Position numbers and translations under genes: made by a program
Assembly (NCBI GenBank): GCA_038208905.1
Contig: JBBQYG010000034.1
Coordinates: forward strand, 1-30,216
DNA: 30,216 nucleotides
Origin: Candidatus Sumerlaeia bacterium
GTDB lineage: Bacteria; Sumerlaeota; Sumerlaeia; SLMS01
Reading direction: 5' to 3'
The notes under the pieces: generated by a model
What the model was told of the DNA's origin: nothing
The model's input: only the letters and a program-made list of their open reading frames with translations
The model's database searches: none
Part shown: one piece after another, positions 8,833 through 17,912 of the stretch
Numbering within the stretch: the first letter of the stretch is position 1
Layout of the letters: each line of letters starts with the position of its first letter

Positions 8833-9247
8833 GGACACACCTCCTACTCAAATCTGGCACACCGGTTCTACCCTCATTTGAGGCATGGATCGGGCCAACC
8901 GGTCGGCGGGGGACCACAAGACCCCATACGTCGGCATGGTGCGAGGCAAGCTGGTTGGGGCCCTATGGCATTTCGCAATTCCCTATCGCCGAATTCCAGA
9001 GGCCGACAGGGCGAGCCATCGCCATGATCCGGTGGCGGAGCGGCCAGACTCCTTCTCGTCGATGAGGCTCCAATCGGCGACGGCTGTTGCGCCCGAAGTA
9101 ACAGCAAGACCGGTCCAATTGGGGGGAGGCCCAAAACAAGGTAGAATCTTACCTACTACGGCACCAAATGGCGTTCGTCGCAATGATGCCTATGGGAGGT
9201 GATAATTAAACCTCGTCGTAGGGGTTTCCCCCGGATCATTTAAGGGC

Positions 9248-9274
9248 TTGCATCGTCCGGTGGATCGGTACTAT
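9248..9274 (+). promoter_or_regulatory. Possible sigma70-like promoter of the giant surface protein
   Basis: TTGCAT-15 nt-TACTAT about 210 nt upstream of the start; the spacing is short. Confidence 0.3.
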
Positions 9275-9482
9275 TACCCTCAGGAATCGACCTTGATGGT
9301 CGTGGATTGTCAGTGCCACCATGCAACCATAGGAGATGCCCAAGGCCCTGCATCTTTTCCCCCCCCGAGGAAACTCGATTCCCCCCCGCGATCAGGGTCC
9401 AACTGATCGCGCCTTCCAAGCCAAACCGACCGGAAGCCACTTTTTGGCGACCAGTCACCTTCTCCTCCAAGGAGCCACAAAG

Positions 9483-12400
9483 ATGAAGGCATTCTCGACT
9501 CGGGTCAAATCGGGTCTGGTTACGCTGGGTGTACTTGCTGTTACAGCGCTGAGCGGCATGGCGCAGGGCCAGATCGTTCTGGCATCGGATTCCGCCGCCG
9601 CAGCCACATATGCCACGGACTTGGCGAACGGCGCCAATGGCGGCTCGGGCTTCAGCGCTTGGGCGCTCACGCCGAATCCCGACACTGGAACCGCAGGATT
9701 CTTCACGTTCACTTCCGCCGATAACGGCGGCGCGGCGACCATCGATACCAGTTCGCTCTCCTGGGGGCTGTTTGCCAATAGCGTCGCCACGGCGTCCGCC
9801 GTCCGCCCCTTGACCACGGCGATGAAGGTTGGCGACACCTTCCGCATCAAGCTCGACAACGGCAACGTCGCCGCCACCCGCAGCGTCGGCTGGGGCCTTC
9901 GCTCCTCCGGCACGAACCGCGTGGAATTCATCTTCGCCGGCGGCGGCACGGAATACCAGCGCATCGACAACGCCGGCACCAATGCCATCACGGGCTTTTC
10001 CTTCACGAACCAGGCCGTCGACTACGCCGTGACGATCACGGGAACGAACACCTACTCCGCCACGATCACGCCGGTTTCAGGCGGGCCCTTCACGGTGAAC
10101 GGCACCCTCGCGGCGTCCGGCTCCATCAACGAACTGCGCGTCTACAACTTCTCGGCCGGTGGCGCGCCGGCGGACAACCTCTTCGCCAACTCCATCTCCG
10201 TCACCGACAACGCGCCAACCCTCTCAACCCTCGCCCGCGTGACTTCCTCCTCCAACAAGTTCGCGCAGGTCAACTTTACGGCTAGCTTCACCGAGCCGGT
10301 CAGCGGATTGACCGCCAGCAACTTCGCCCTGGCCACAACGGGCAGTGTGGCGGGCGCCTCGATTCTCGCGGTCACCCCCAACGGCGGCTCCGCTCCCCAG
10401 CAGACCTGGAACATTCTGGTCGATACGGGCTCCGGCTCTCCCGGCACCGTGGGCCTGAACCTCGCCAATAGCACTGCGGTCGTTGACACGGCTGCCCAGG
10501 CGCTCACCAACAGCACCCTGACCGGTGAAGTGTACAGCATTGATCGCAGCCTCGTTCGCACCTGGACGGGCGGCGCCGACGCGGGCCGCGGCGACTTCTT
10601 CATCGGCACCTCGACAGGAAGCCAACCGGCCGCCGACTACGCGACGCTCGAGACCTTCCTGCGCGACTTCAATGGAACCCGTCAGCTCCGCATGAACACG
10701 GGAACAGTCACCGTTGCCACAACCACCGTCACCACGGCGGCTGGTAACTTCCTGACAGACCCGGGTCTTGCCGGCGGACTCGTGGCGGGCGATAGCGTCT
10801 TTCTGGGCGGTAGCGCCACCGGCACGGTTGCCTGGGCCGGCAATACGGTCACAGGAACGGGCACTGCCTTCACGAACGAAGTCGCTATCGGCGACATCAT
10901 CATCGCGGGCGGCAACGTCCGCACGGTGACGGCCGTTGGGAGCGCGACGAGCCTCACTTACTCGGGCGCCACGGCGACCGTGGCGGCTGCTACCGTCATG
11001 ACAGTCCAGCGCACGCGCACGGTGACGGGTACTCCCACCGCCACCACCTTCACGATCAGCTCGGGCGCCGCCAACATCACCACGGCCATCAGCCTCGCGG
11101 GCACCCGCCCGGTGACCACCACGGCCATGGTCGGCAACACGAACCTCTACCTGCTGAGTGATCTGACCGAGGCGGCCAATCTGGCTATCGGCAAGAACAC
11201 CGGGGGCTTTAACCTCCGCATTAAGCCCTTCGCGGGAACCACCCCAACGATCAACCTCACCGGAGCGATCGCCAATCTGGGATGGAGCAGCCACTTCCTG
11301 GTCGGCACCGCGGCGTTCGGCAACTTCTACAGCCTCATTGCCACGAACAACGTGATCATCGACGGATCGAACCTGTTCAACGGTACGACCCGCGACCTGA
11401 CGATTGTCAACACCGCCGCCGGTACCGAAGGCGCCGTGGGCATCGTTCGCGCGGTCGGCAGTTCCACGGGCTTCCAAGTTCGCAACACCAACATCGCGCA
11501 GTTTTCCGCTACCGGTGGAGCCGCTGGTGTCCAGTTCACCGGACGCAGCCAGGACGGCAGCACCAACCTGCTGCCCAACAACGGCGTGGTGGACAACTGC
11601 TTCATCACCGCCCTTTCCCAAGTCGGCGGAACGCAAGGTGTCGGCGTTGTGACCAGCGGGTCGCAGAACCTCGTTACGGCTGTCGGCATGACCGGCCTTC
11701 AGGTCACCAACAACCTGATCTACGTGGGCCAGCGCGGCGTGACACTCGCCATCAACGCGGGCACCACGATTACCGGCAACACCTTCCGCTTCACTAACCG
11801 TGTAGCCGCCAGTTCCCCGTCCGGCGTGGCCATCGTTGGCTACAACGGCGCCACGGGCTTCACGATGGACATCAACAATAACATGATGGACCGCGTGGAG
11901 TTTATTCAGGCGGCAGCCGGCGGTGCCCTTGGTCTCGTCGCCATCAGCTCCGGCCCCACAGGCTCGGTCACCATCAATATCCAGAACAACTTCATCGGCG
12001 GTTACATCGCGACCAGCGGGACCGCGGCCGACGGCCTGATGAATGCCATCAACCTTTCCACGGGTGTGGCAAACCCCAGCTTCGTCATCAACGTGGATCA
12101 CAACTCAATCGTTCTGCCCGCCACCACGGTTCTCACCGGCGTCACGGCGGGCCGTGTGGCCGCCATCGCCGCCACCAGCGCCGTGGGTACCTACACGCTC
12201 AACGTGCGGAACAACAACATCCGCATGGGCACCACCACAGCCACCACCTCCCATGGCATTTTCATCGCCAAGACCGTCAACACCACGGTCAGCGGCAACA
12301 ACCTGTCCATCAACTCTCCCGCCAACTACGCCCTCATCGGCGCCAGCACCTTCGCCACCTTTGCCACCTATCAGGTAGCGGACGGCGCGGCGCAGAACGT

Positions 12401-15400
12401 TGACAGCTACCCGAGCGCGACCTTCCCCCGCTGGGCCAGCGCCGGTGACAACCAGCTCGCCGACCTGCACTACACGGGCACACCCGCCGGCCTCAACGCC
12501 GCCGCTTTGGTCGGGGGTGTCACCACCGACATCGACGGCGATACCCGCACCGTCGGCAATAACCTCCCCGGTGCCGATATCATAGGCGCCGCGGCCACCA
12601 ACTACAACTGGGTGGGTGGCACGACCGGCCGTTGGTCGATCGCGTCGAACTGGTCTCCCGCTCGCACCACAGCGCGCTGGAACGACATCCTGGTCTTCGA
12701 TGGCGTCACTGCGGCAGTCACCGGCGTTCGCGATTCACACATCGGCGGACTTCGTCTGATCAACAACGCCAACGTTACTCTGTCGACGAACGGCAGCAAC
12801 GCGATGACGGGTTCGGGTGGCTTTGAAACCGGGCACCAGTCTCGCCTCCTCATTACCAACGTCAAGAACTCCTCCACCCTTCCCCCCACGGTCGCGAACA
12901 GCGACTTCCTCGTCTCGGCCGGCTCCACGCTCACCTTCGGTGGATCGACGACCGTGTTCGTCGACATCTCCGGCGGCGCGTTTGGCTACGTCGCTGGCGA
13001 TGTCGTTTTCGCCTCCACGGCCGCGAACAACGCGATGCGCATTCTCAATCGCACCGCGAGCGGCACACTGTTTGACAACGGATCAACCTGCGCCATGGCT
13101 CCGACCTCTACCGGTGGCCAAGGCGGCTTCGGTCTCGTCTCGACAGAAGGCATCAACCAAGGTGTTCAGTTCGCCTCGGGATCGCACTACCATCAGGGTG
13201 CCACCAAGGCGGGAGTTCGCAACGGCGGCACGGGCAGCTCGCCCTTTGTCTCCGGCGCCCCCAACGGCCTCCTCTTCTTCTCGCCGGGCGCCAGCTACAC
13301 CACTTACGACCTCGGCCCGGCCGTCAGCGGCCGTACCTTCGGCTCATTCATCTGGCGTGGCGCGAGTGCCGTTTCATCGACCGGTAGTGGAACCTTTACC
13401 TTACAGAACGACCTCATCAGCCGTCCCAGCGGGAGCACCGTGGCGGCCTACACCATCGGCCTGACCACCGGTACAGGCAATGCCGTTCTCGTGAACGGCA
13501 ACCTCCTGATCGAAACGGGCGCCGGCGCCATCATCGACGGCGGCGTCCCTGTCGCGGCCAACTCCGTCTTTGCCGTCCGTGGCAACATGACCATTCAGGA
13601 CACGGCGCTATGGACGCCCAACACCAGCGCCAATCGCGTCTATCAGTTCGACGGCTCGGCTCTCCAGAATATCAATCTGGCCGGCAAGACCTACCCGAAC
13701 GCCACCTTCAACAACTCAACCGGCTTCACGCTCACTGGCGCCGGAACCGTGGGCGGCATCCTCACGCTCACCAGCGGTGCGGTCGCCACCACGGCATCCA
13801 ACAGCCTCACCCTGAGCAACGACGCCAGCATCGCGCTGGTTCGGACCTCGGGCACCATCAGCGGTCCGTTCACCCGCGGCATCAACGCGGCCACGACCAG
13901 CTACACTCGCGACTTCCCCATCGCCACGGGCGCCGTCTTTAGCCCCGTTTCCCTCAACATCACCGCCGCCGGCACCGGCATAGGCTCACTCACCGCCGAG
14001 GCCATCTCCGGTTCCGTTGCCAATGTCCCCGCCAGCGCCACCGCCATCACGAGGCGCTGGACCCTTACGCCGGCAACCATCGCCGGCTATGCCGCAACGG
14101 TCGCCTTCCAGTATGACGACACCGATCTGGGTGCCATCACCGAAGGAAACCTGATCGCCGCATCCTACAACGGAACGTCGTGGACCCAGTATTCCACGAG
14201 CATCAATGGCAGCACCAATACGGCCACCGTTGCCGGTGTCACCGCGGCCCAGATCGCGGGAGCACAGTACTGGACGCTCTATGTGCCCAGCGCTGCCGCC
14301 GGTGTCTCCACTGTGTCCCTTCCCTTCGGCAACGTCGGTGCCGGGTCGACCTCCGACCTCACCTTCGACGTCACCAATACGGGCACGGCAGGCTTGAGCG
14401 TTTCCGCCCTGAGCCTCACCGGCGCCGACCCGTCGGCCTTCTCCATCGTCTCTCCCGCAGTGCCGTTCGGACTCACGGCACCGCCAAGCACCCAGCAGAC
14501 CGTCACGGTCCGCTTCTCTCCGTCGGGCGTCGCCACCTACAGCGCCACGCTCACAGTCACCAACAACTCGGGAACCAACCCGACGGTTTCCCTCACCGGC
14601 GCGGGAACGTGTAGCTACAACGTCTCCCCGGCAACCACCCAGAACCTTCCGGCCACAACGGGAAGCACCTCCGCCGTGTCCGTCACCACAACCAGCGCCT
14701 GCACATGGGACGTCACAGGCATCCCGAGCTGGCTGACGCTCACCAGCCCTGGAAGCCTCCCCGCCACCGGCAACGGCTCGGTGATCTTCACCGTCGCCGC
14801 CAATACGGGAATCGCCCGCAGCGCCACAGTCACCATCGCGGGCACAACCGTCACCTTCAACCAGGCCGACGGCTGTACCACAAGTGCCGCCCCGACCACC
14901 CTTCCCGTTGTCGCCATTGGCGGAACCGGTCTCTCCGTTGCCGTCACGGCAAGCGGGAGTGGTTGCACCTGGACGGCTGCTGAAACGCCTGATGCCGCCT
15001 GGATCACCAACCTGACGGTTGGCGGCACAGGCTCCGGAAACGCCACCTTCGACGTGGCCGCAAACACGGGCATCGCCCGCAGCACGACCCTTACGGTGGC
15101 GGGCACCACGGTCACCATCAACCAGGCCGACGGCTGTAGCCTCAGCGTCGCACCCGGCACCATCAGCGTCGGACCCAACGGCGCCTCCGGCGTCTCGGCC
15201 GCAGTGACCGCAAGCAGCGGCACCTGCACCTGGACGGCGGCGGAAACTCCTGATGCCGCCTGGATCACCAACCTCACGGCGGGCGGCACTGGCTCCGGCA
15301 GCGCGACCTTCGACGTGGCGGCCAACGCCGGCGCCACCCGGTCGGCCACGCTCACCGTCGCTGGTCAATCCGTCACCGTCACCCAGTATGCCACCACTGC

Positions 15401-16142
15401 CTCCGCATCGCTGGACTTCGGCTATGTGAAGACAGCAGGCGCTGGCGGTTCACCGGTCTCCCTCAATGTCGTCGTCACCAACGATAGCGGCACCACCATC
15501 AACTACAACGTCACCTCCGCGGCGCCATACTCCGCGTCGGCGACCTTCGCCGCCACACCGGGCACGTCCAACCTGGCAGTCCAGTTCGCCCCGACGGCGC
15601 TTGGCTTGGCCACGGGCACGGTGACGCTCACCCCCAACCCGCCAAACGCCCAACTCCCTAACCTCACGACGAACGTCTCCGGCAACGGCTTCTCCGTCAT
15701 CCAGGGCATCAGCGCCGACATCGACGGCGCCACTGGTGGCACCGTCACCGTCGGAGCTGGCGGCACCTTCACCAACTCGAAGTTGATCGTCCCCCCCGGC
15801 GCCTTCACCGGCACGCGCACGATCGTCATCGAGCAGGCCATCGTGAATGCCGGCAACCGCACAGCCATCGAGATCACCGTCACCCCATCCACCGCCTTCA
15901 CCAACCCGGCGACCCTCGAAATCGAGTTCGAGAATCCCACCGACGTCACCAGCGGGATCCTCAACAACATGACAGTCGGCCGCCTCAACCTGGGCATCTA
16001 CAACATCGTCGGCGGCGGAACGCCCACCCTCATCAGCGGCAACCGGCACAAGGTCACCTTCGCCACAACGACCTTCTCCACCTACGCCGCCATACCGGGC
16101 GCCACCTCCATCGCCGACTGGAACCTCATCAACCAGGAGTAA
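9483..16142 (+). CDS. Giant secreted multidomain surface protein/adhesin (2,219 aa): Ig-like, beta-helix, two ASH/choice-of-anchor-D-like, three BACON and ZU5-like domains, C-terminal TSIADWNLINQE tail
   Basis: ATG 9483 follows AAGGAG; Sec signal MKAFSTRVKSGLVTLGVLAVTALSGMAQG|; T/G/A/S/N-rich. Motifs: FTEPVSGLTASNF (Ig), NNxI repeats (beta-helix), TTDIDGDTR, LPFGNV...TNTG...VRFSP (ASH), CTW...ANTGIARS (BACON), GGTV...LIVPPGAF...FSTYA (ZU5-like). Domain names are by motif recognition only. Confidence 0.88.
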   Translation: MKAFSTRVKSGLVTLGVLAVTALSGMAQGQIVLASDSAAAATYATDLANGANGGSGFSAWALTPNPDTGTAGFFTFTSADNGGAATIDTSSLSWGLFANSVATASAVRPLTTAMKVGDTFRIKLDNGNVAATRSVGWGLRSSGTNRVEFIFAGGGTEYQRIDNAGTNAITGFSFTNQAVDYAVTITGTNTYSATITPVSGGPFTVNGTLAASGSINELRVYNFSAGGAPADNLFANSISVTDNAPTLSTLARVTSSSNKFAQVNFTASFTEPVSGLTASNFALATTGSVAGASILAVTPNGGSAPQQTWNILVDTGSGSPGTVGLNLANSTAVVDTAAQALTNSTLTGEVYSIDRSLVRTWTGGADAGRGDFFIGTSTGSQPAADYATLETFLRDFNGTRQLRMNTGTVTVATTTVTTAAGNFLTDPGLAGGLVAGDSVFLGGSATGTVAWAGNTVTGTGTAFTNEVAIGDIIIAGGNVRTVTAVGSATSLTYSGATATVAAATVMTVQRTRTVTGTPTATTFTISSGAANITTAISLAGTRPVTTTAMVGNTNLYLLSDLTEAANLAIGKNTGGFNLRIKPFAGTTPTINLTGAIANLGWSSHFLVGTAAFGNFYSLIATNNVIIDGSNLFNGTTRDLTIVNTAAGTEGAVGIVRAVGSSTGFQVRNTNIAQFSATGGAAGVQFTGRSQDGSTNLLPNNGVVDNCFITALSQVGGTQGVGVVTSGSQNLVTAVGMTGLQVTNNLIYVGQRGVTLAINAGTTITGNTFRFTNRVAASSPSGVAIVGYNGATGFTMDINNNMMDRVEFIQAAAGGALGLVAISSGPTGSVTINIQNNFIGGYIATSGTAADGLMNAINLSTGVANPSFVINVDHNSIVLPATTVLTGVTAGRVAAIAATSAVGTYTLNVRNNNIRMGTTTATTSHGIFIAKTVNTTVSGNNLSINSPANYALIGASTFATFATYQVADGAAQNVDSYPSATFPRWASAGDNQLADLHYTGTPAGLNAAALVGGVTTDIDGDTRTVGNNLPGADIIGAAATNYNWVGGTTGRWSIASNWSPARTTARWNDILVFDGVTAAVTGVRDSHIGGLRLINNANVTLSTNGSNAMTGSGGFETGHQSRLLITNVKNSSTLPPTVANSDFLVSAGSTLTFGGSTTVFVDISGGAFGYVAGDVVFASTAANNAMRILNRTASGTLFDNGSTCAMAPTSTGGQGGFGLVSTEGINQGVQFASGSHYHQGATKAGVRNGGTGSSPFVSGAPNGLLFFSPGASYTTYDLGPAVSGRTFGSFIWRGASAVSSTGSGTFTLQNDLISRPSGSTVAAYTIGLTTGTGNAVLVNGNLLIETGAGAIIDGGVPVAANSVFAVRGNMTIQDTALWTPNTSANRVYQFDGSALQNINLAGKTYPNATFNNSTGFTLTGAGTVGGILTLTSGAVATTASNSLTLSNDASIALVRTSGTISGPFTRGINAATTSYTRDFPIATGAVFSPVSLNITAAGTGIGSLTAEAISGSVANVPASATAITRRWTLTPATIAGYAATVAFQYDDTDLGAITEGNLIAASYNGTSWTQYSTSINGSTNTATVAGVTAAQIAGAQYWTLYVPSAAAGVSTVSLPFGNVGAGSTSDLTFDVTNTGTAGLSVSALSLTGADPSAFSIVSPAVPFGLTAPPSTQQTVTVRFSPSGVATYSATLTVTNNSGTNPTVSLTGAGTCSYNVSPATTQNLPATTGSTSAVSVTTTSACTWDVTGIPSWLTLTSPGSLPATGNGSVIFTVAANTGIARSATVTIAGTTVTFNQADGCTTSAAPTTLPVVAIGGTGLSVAVTASGSGCTWTAAETPDAAWITNLTVGGTGSGNATFDVAANTGIARSTTLTVAGTTVTINQADGCSLSVAPGTISVGPNGASGVSAAVTASSGTCTWTAAETPDAAWITNLTAGGTGSGSATFDVAANAGATRSATLTVAGQSVTVTQYATTASASLDFGYVKTAGAGGSPVSLNVVVTNDSGTTINYNVTSAAPYSASATFAATPGTSNLAVQFAPTALGLATGTVTLTPNPPNAQLPNLTTNVSGNGFSVIQGISADIDGATGGTVTVGAGGTFTNSKLIVPPGAFTGTRTIVIEQAIVNAGNRTAIEITVTPSTAFTNPATLEIEFENPTDVTSGILNNMTVGRLNLGIYNIVGGGTPTLISGNRHKVTFATTTFSTYAAIPGATSIADWNLINQE
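14610..15389 (+). repeat. Three tandem BACON-like repeats of 87-88 aa
   Basis: Units start at Cys codons 14610, 14874 and 15135. Units 2 and 3 share CTWTAAETPDAAWITNLT-GGTGSG-ATFDVAAN with near-identical DNA. Confidence 0.85.
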
Positions 16143-16170
16143 CCCACCACTCCCACACCTCCCCAACACA

Positions 16171-16216
16171 GAGAGCGCCCCGGGATCATCTTCGATCCCG
16201 GGGCGCTTTCCTTTTT
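16171..16216 (+). terminator. Rho-independent terminator
   Basis: GAGAGCGCCCCGGGATC-atcttc-GATCCCGGGGCGCTTTC followed by CTTTTT, about 30 nt after the stop codon. Confidence 0.88.
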
Positions 16217-16330
16217 GTGGACGACGCAGAAGAGCCCTCATCGAATGCCACGCCGCACCAACGGCAAGGCACACTGCTTCGGAACCACGCCCCGAAACGC
16301 CCGTAAATCTTGGATTGTCAGCGATTGAAC

Positions 16331-16406
16331 TGGAGCGGGAAACGGGATTCGAACCCGCGACCCTCAGCTTGGGAAGCTGATGCTCTACCAACTGAGCTAT
16401 TCCCGC
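16331..16406 (-). tRNA. tRNA-Gly (anticodon CCC)
   Basis: GCGGGAATAGCTCAGTTGGTAGAGCATCAGCTT-CCC-AAGCTGAGGGTCGCGGGTTCGAATCCCGTTTCCCGCTCCA: 76 nt, canonical cloverleaf, encoded CCA. Confidence 0.97.
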
Positions 16407-16436
16407 TCGGTATTGGCCGTCGGCCAAGTGGGAGGA

Positions 16437-16464
16437 AGGGTACGTCGGGGCGGGGTTGGGTCAA
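16437..16464 (-). promoter_or_regulatory. Likely sigma70 promoter of the tRNA
   Basis: TTGACC-16 nt-TACCCT, about 30 nt upstream of the tRNA 5' end. Confidence 0.5.
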
Positions 16465-16549
16465 GGGGGATTGGGTGGTGCCGAAGGTCTTGCCCGGGGG
16501 GCGGGCCGGGTGGGAGCGATGGGGGCATCCTCGGGGCTTGGGCGGTGGC

Positions 16550-17905
16550 ATGATGGGGCGTTTCGGATGGATTGCGGTGCTGGTGGCGATGCTCGCGGGG
16601 GGCGCGTGGGCGGGGGAGCCTGTGCGGGGCGAGGATGGGCGCGTGGTCGTGGATTTCTGGCACGGGATGGGTGGCGATCAGGGACGCGCGATTAACGAGA
16701 TCTCGGATCTGTTCAACAAGTCCCAGGAGAAGTATCGCGCGGTGGCGGTGTATCAGGGTCGCTATGATTCGCTGGCCCAGAAGCTGATCGCGGCGTGCTA
16801 TGCGCGGCGCAATCCCGCCGTGTCCCAGATGTATCCAGGCTGGTCCACGCGGTTTCATCGCTTTGGGTATCTAAAGACGATTACGGAGTTTGCGGCGGAT
16901 GACGCCGATTTTCGCGAGAAGGCGCTGCCGGATTTCTATCCGGTGATGCTGGAAGAGAACACGATGCCGAATCCGGCGTCGGGCGAGCTGGAGGTCGTGA
17001 CGCTGCCGTTCAACAAGTCGGTGTATGTGCTCTTCGTGAACCAGACGCGGATGGAGAAGCTGGGCTGGACGCATCCGCCGCGGACATGGGCGGAGTTCCG
17101 CAAGCTGGCCGAGGAAATGACGGTGGTCCCCGAGGGCGGGGGAGCGCCGACCACGTATGGCTTCGCCACGCGGACGTTTATCGAGGACTTCACGGTGCAG
17201 GCGTTCTCCGCGGGGACTCAGCTTCTGGACGAGGAGTCGGGCGAAATCCTGGTGGATTCGCCGGCGGCGGTGGCGGCGCTGGACTTTCTGCACTCGATGG
17301 TGATGGAGCCGGAGCCGGTTAGGGGAGCGGGCGAATCGGAGAAGCCCGCGAAGCGCATTGGCTATGTGGAGAGCGGCTACCTGAACGCGGTCTTCGGGTC
17401 GGAGCGCATCGGGATGTATATCGCCTCCACGGCGTCGTTCCGCTACAACGACCAGGCGGTGGGGAACAAGTTCATCTGGAGCTGCTATCCAATCCCGTCG
17501 CGCGATGCGGAGACGCCGGGAAAGACGCTGATGCAGGGGACCAATGTCGGCATCTTTGCCGGCCTGCCGGCGGAGACGGAGGCGGGCGCGTGGGAGTTCG
17601 TAAAGTTCCTGACGAGCCCGGAGATGACGGCTCTATGGGGAATGCGGACGGGTTACATGCCCGTGCGGCGAAGCGCGGGGGATCTGCCGGAGTTTCGCGC
17701 CCACCTGGAGAAGGACGTGCGCTATGCCAACGCGATGGGCACGCTGGAGAACGCAGCCTACGAGCCTCGGCTGATCTACTGGGAAACCGTGCGGTCGGCG
17801 CTCTCGCGAGAGGTGGACAGCGTGATGTTTGACCGCCGCAGCACCGCCGACGCGCTGGCCGCGGCCCGGCGCGCCATCGAGGACGCCAAGCTGCACGCGG
17901 ACTGA
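16550..17905 (+). CDS. ABC transporter solute-binding protein (UgpB-like, family 1)
   Basis: Signal peptide ending AWA; VDFWHGMGG, YQGRYD, LPFNKS...LFVN, PRTWAE, GAWEFVKFLTS and TGYMPVR. Start moved from 16310 because that reading crosses the tRNA. Confidence 0.9.
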   Translation: MMGRFGWIAVLVAMLAGGAWAGEPVRGEDGRVVVDFWHGMGGDQGRAINEISDLFNKSQEKYRAVAVYQGRYDSLAQKLIAACYARRNPAVSQMYPGWSTRFHRFGYLKTITEFAADDADFREKALPDFYPVMLEENTMPNPASGELEVVTLPFNKSVYVLFVNQTRMEKLGWTHPPRTWAEFRKLAEEMTVVPEGGGAPTTYGFATRTFIEDFTVQAFSAGTQLLDEESGEILVDSPAAVAALDFLHSMVMEPEPVRGAGESEKPAKRIGYVESGYLNAVFGSERIGMYIASTASFRYNDQAVGNKFIWSCYPIPSRDAETPGKTLMQGTNVGIFAGLPAETEAGAWEFVKFLTSPEMTALWGMRTGYMPVRRSAGDLPEFRAHLEKDVRYANAMGTLENAAYEPRLIYWETVRSALSREVDSVMFDRRSTADALAAARRAIEDAKLHAD

Positions 17906-17912
17906 CCGCGCG

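Noticed and set aside
8872-8940. Short palindromes upstream of copZ (CCTCATTTGAGG; CCATACGTCGGCATGG) as CueR/CsoR operators
   Set aside because: Neither matches the CueR or CsoR consensus well, promoter spacing does not fit, and no regulator gene is adjacent.
9275-9482. Riboswitch in the long leader of the giant gene
   Set aside because: No recognisable aptamer consensus or terminator; an Rfam scan would be needed.
14960-15330. Direct DNA repeats as a CRISPR array or DGR template/variable pair
   Set aside because: They are in-frame coding BACON repeats with mostly synonymous differences, not adenine-specific ones; no cas or reverse transcriptase gene is present.
10224-15368. Long antisense ORFs (625 aa at 10224-12101, 460 aa at 13986-15368) and similar shadows opposite relA, GH31, copA and GHL10
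   Set aside because: Expected from biased high-GC codon usage on the coding strand; the translations have no recognisable motifs.
16310-16549. N-terminal extension of the solute-binding protein ORF
   Set aside because: It is the antisense reading of the tRNA and its promoter.
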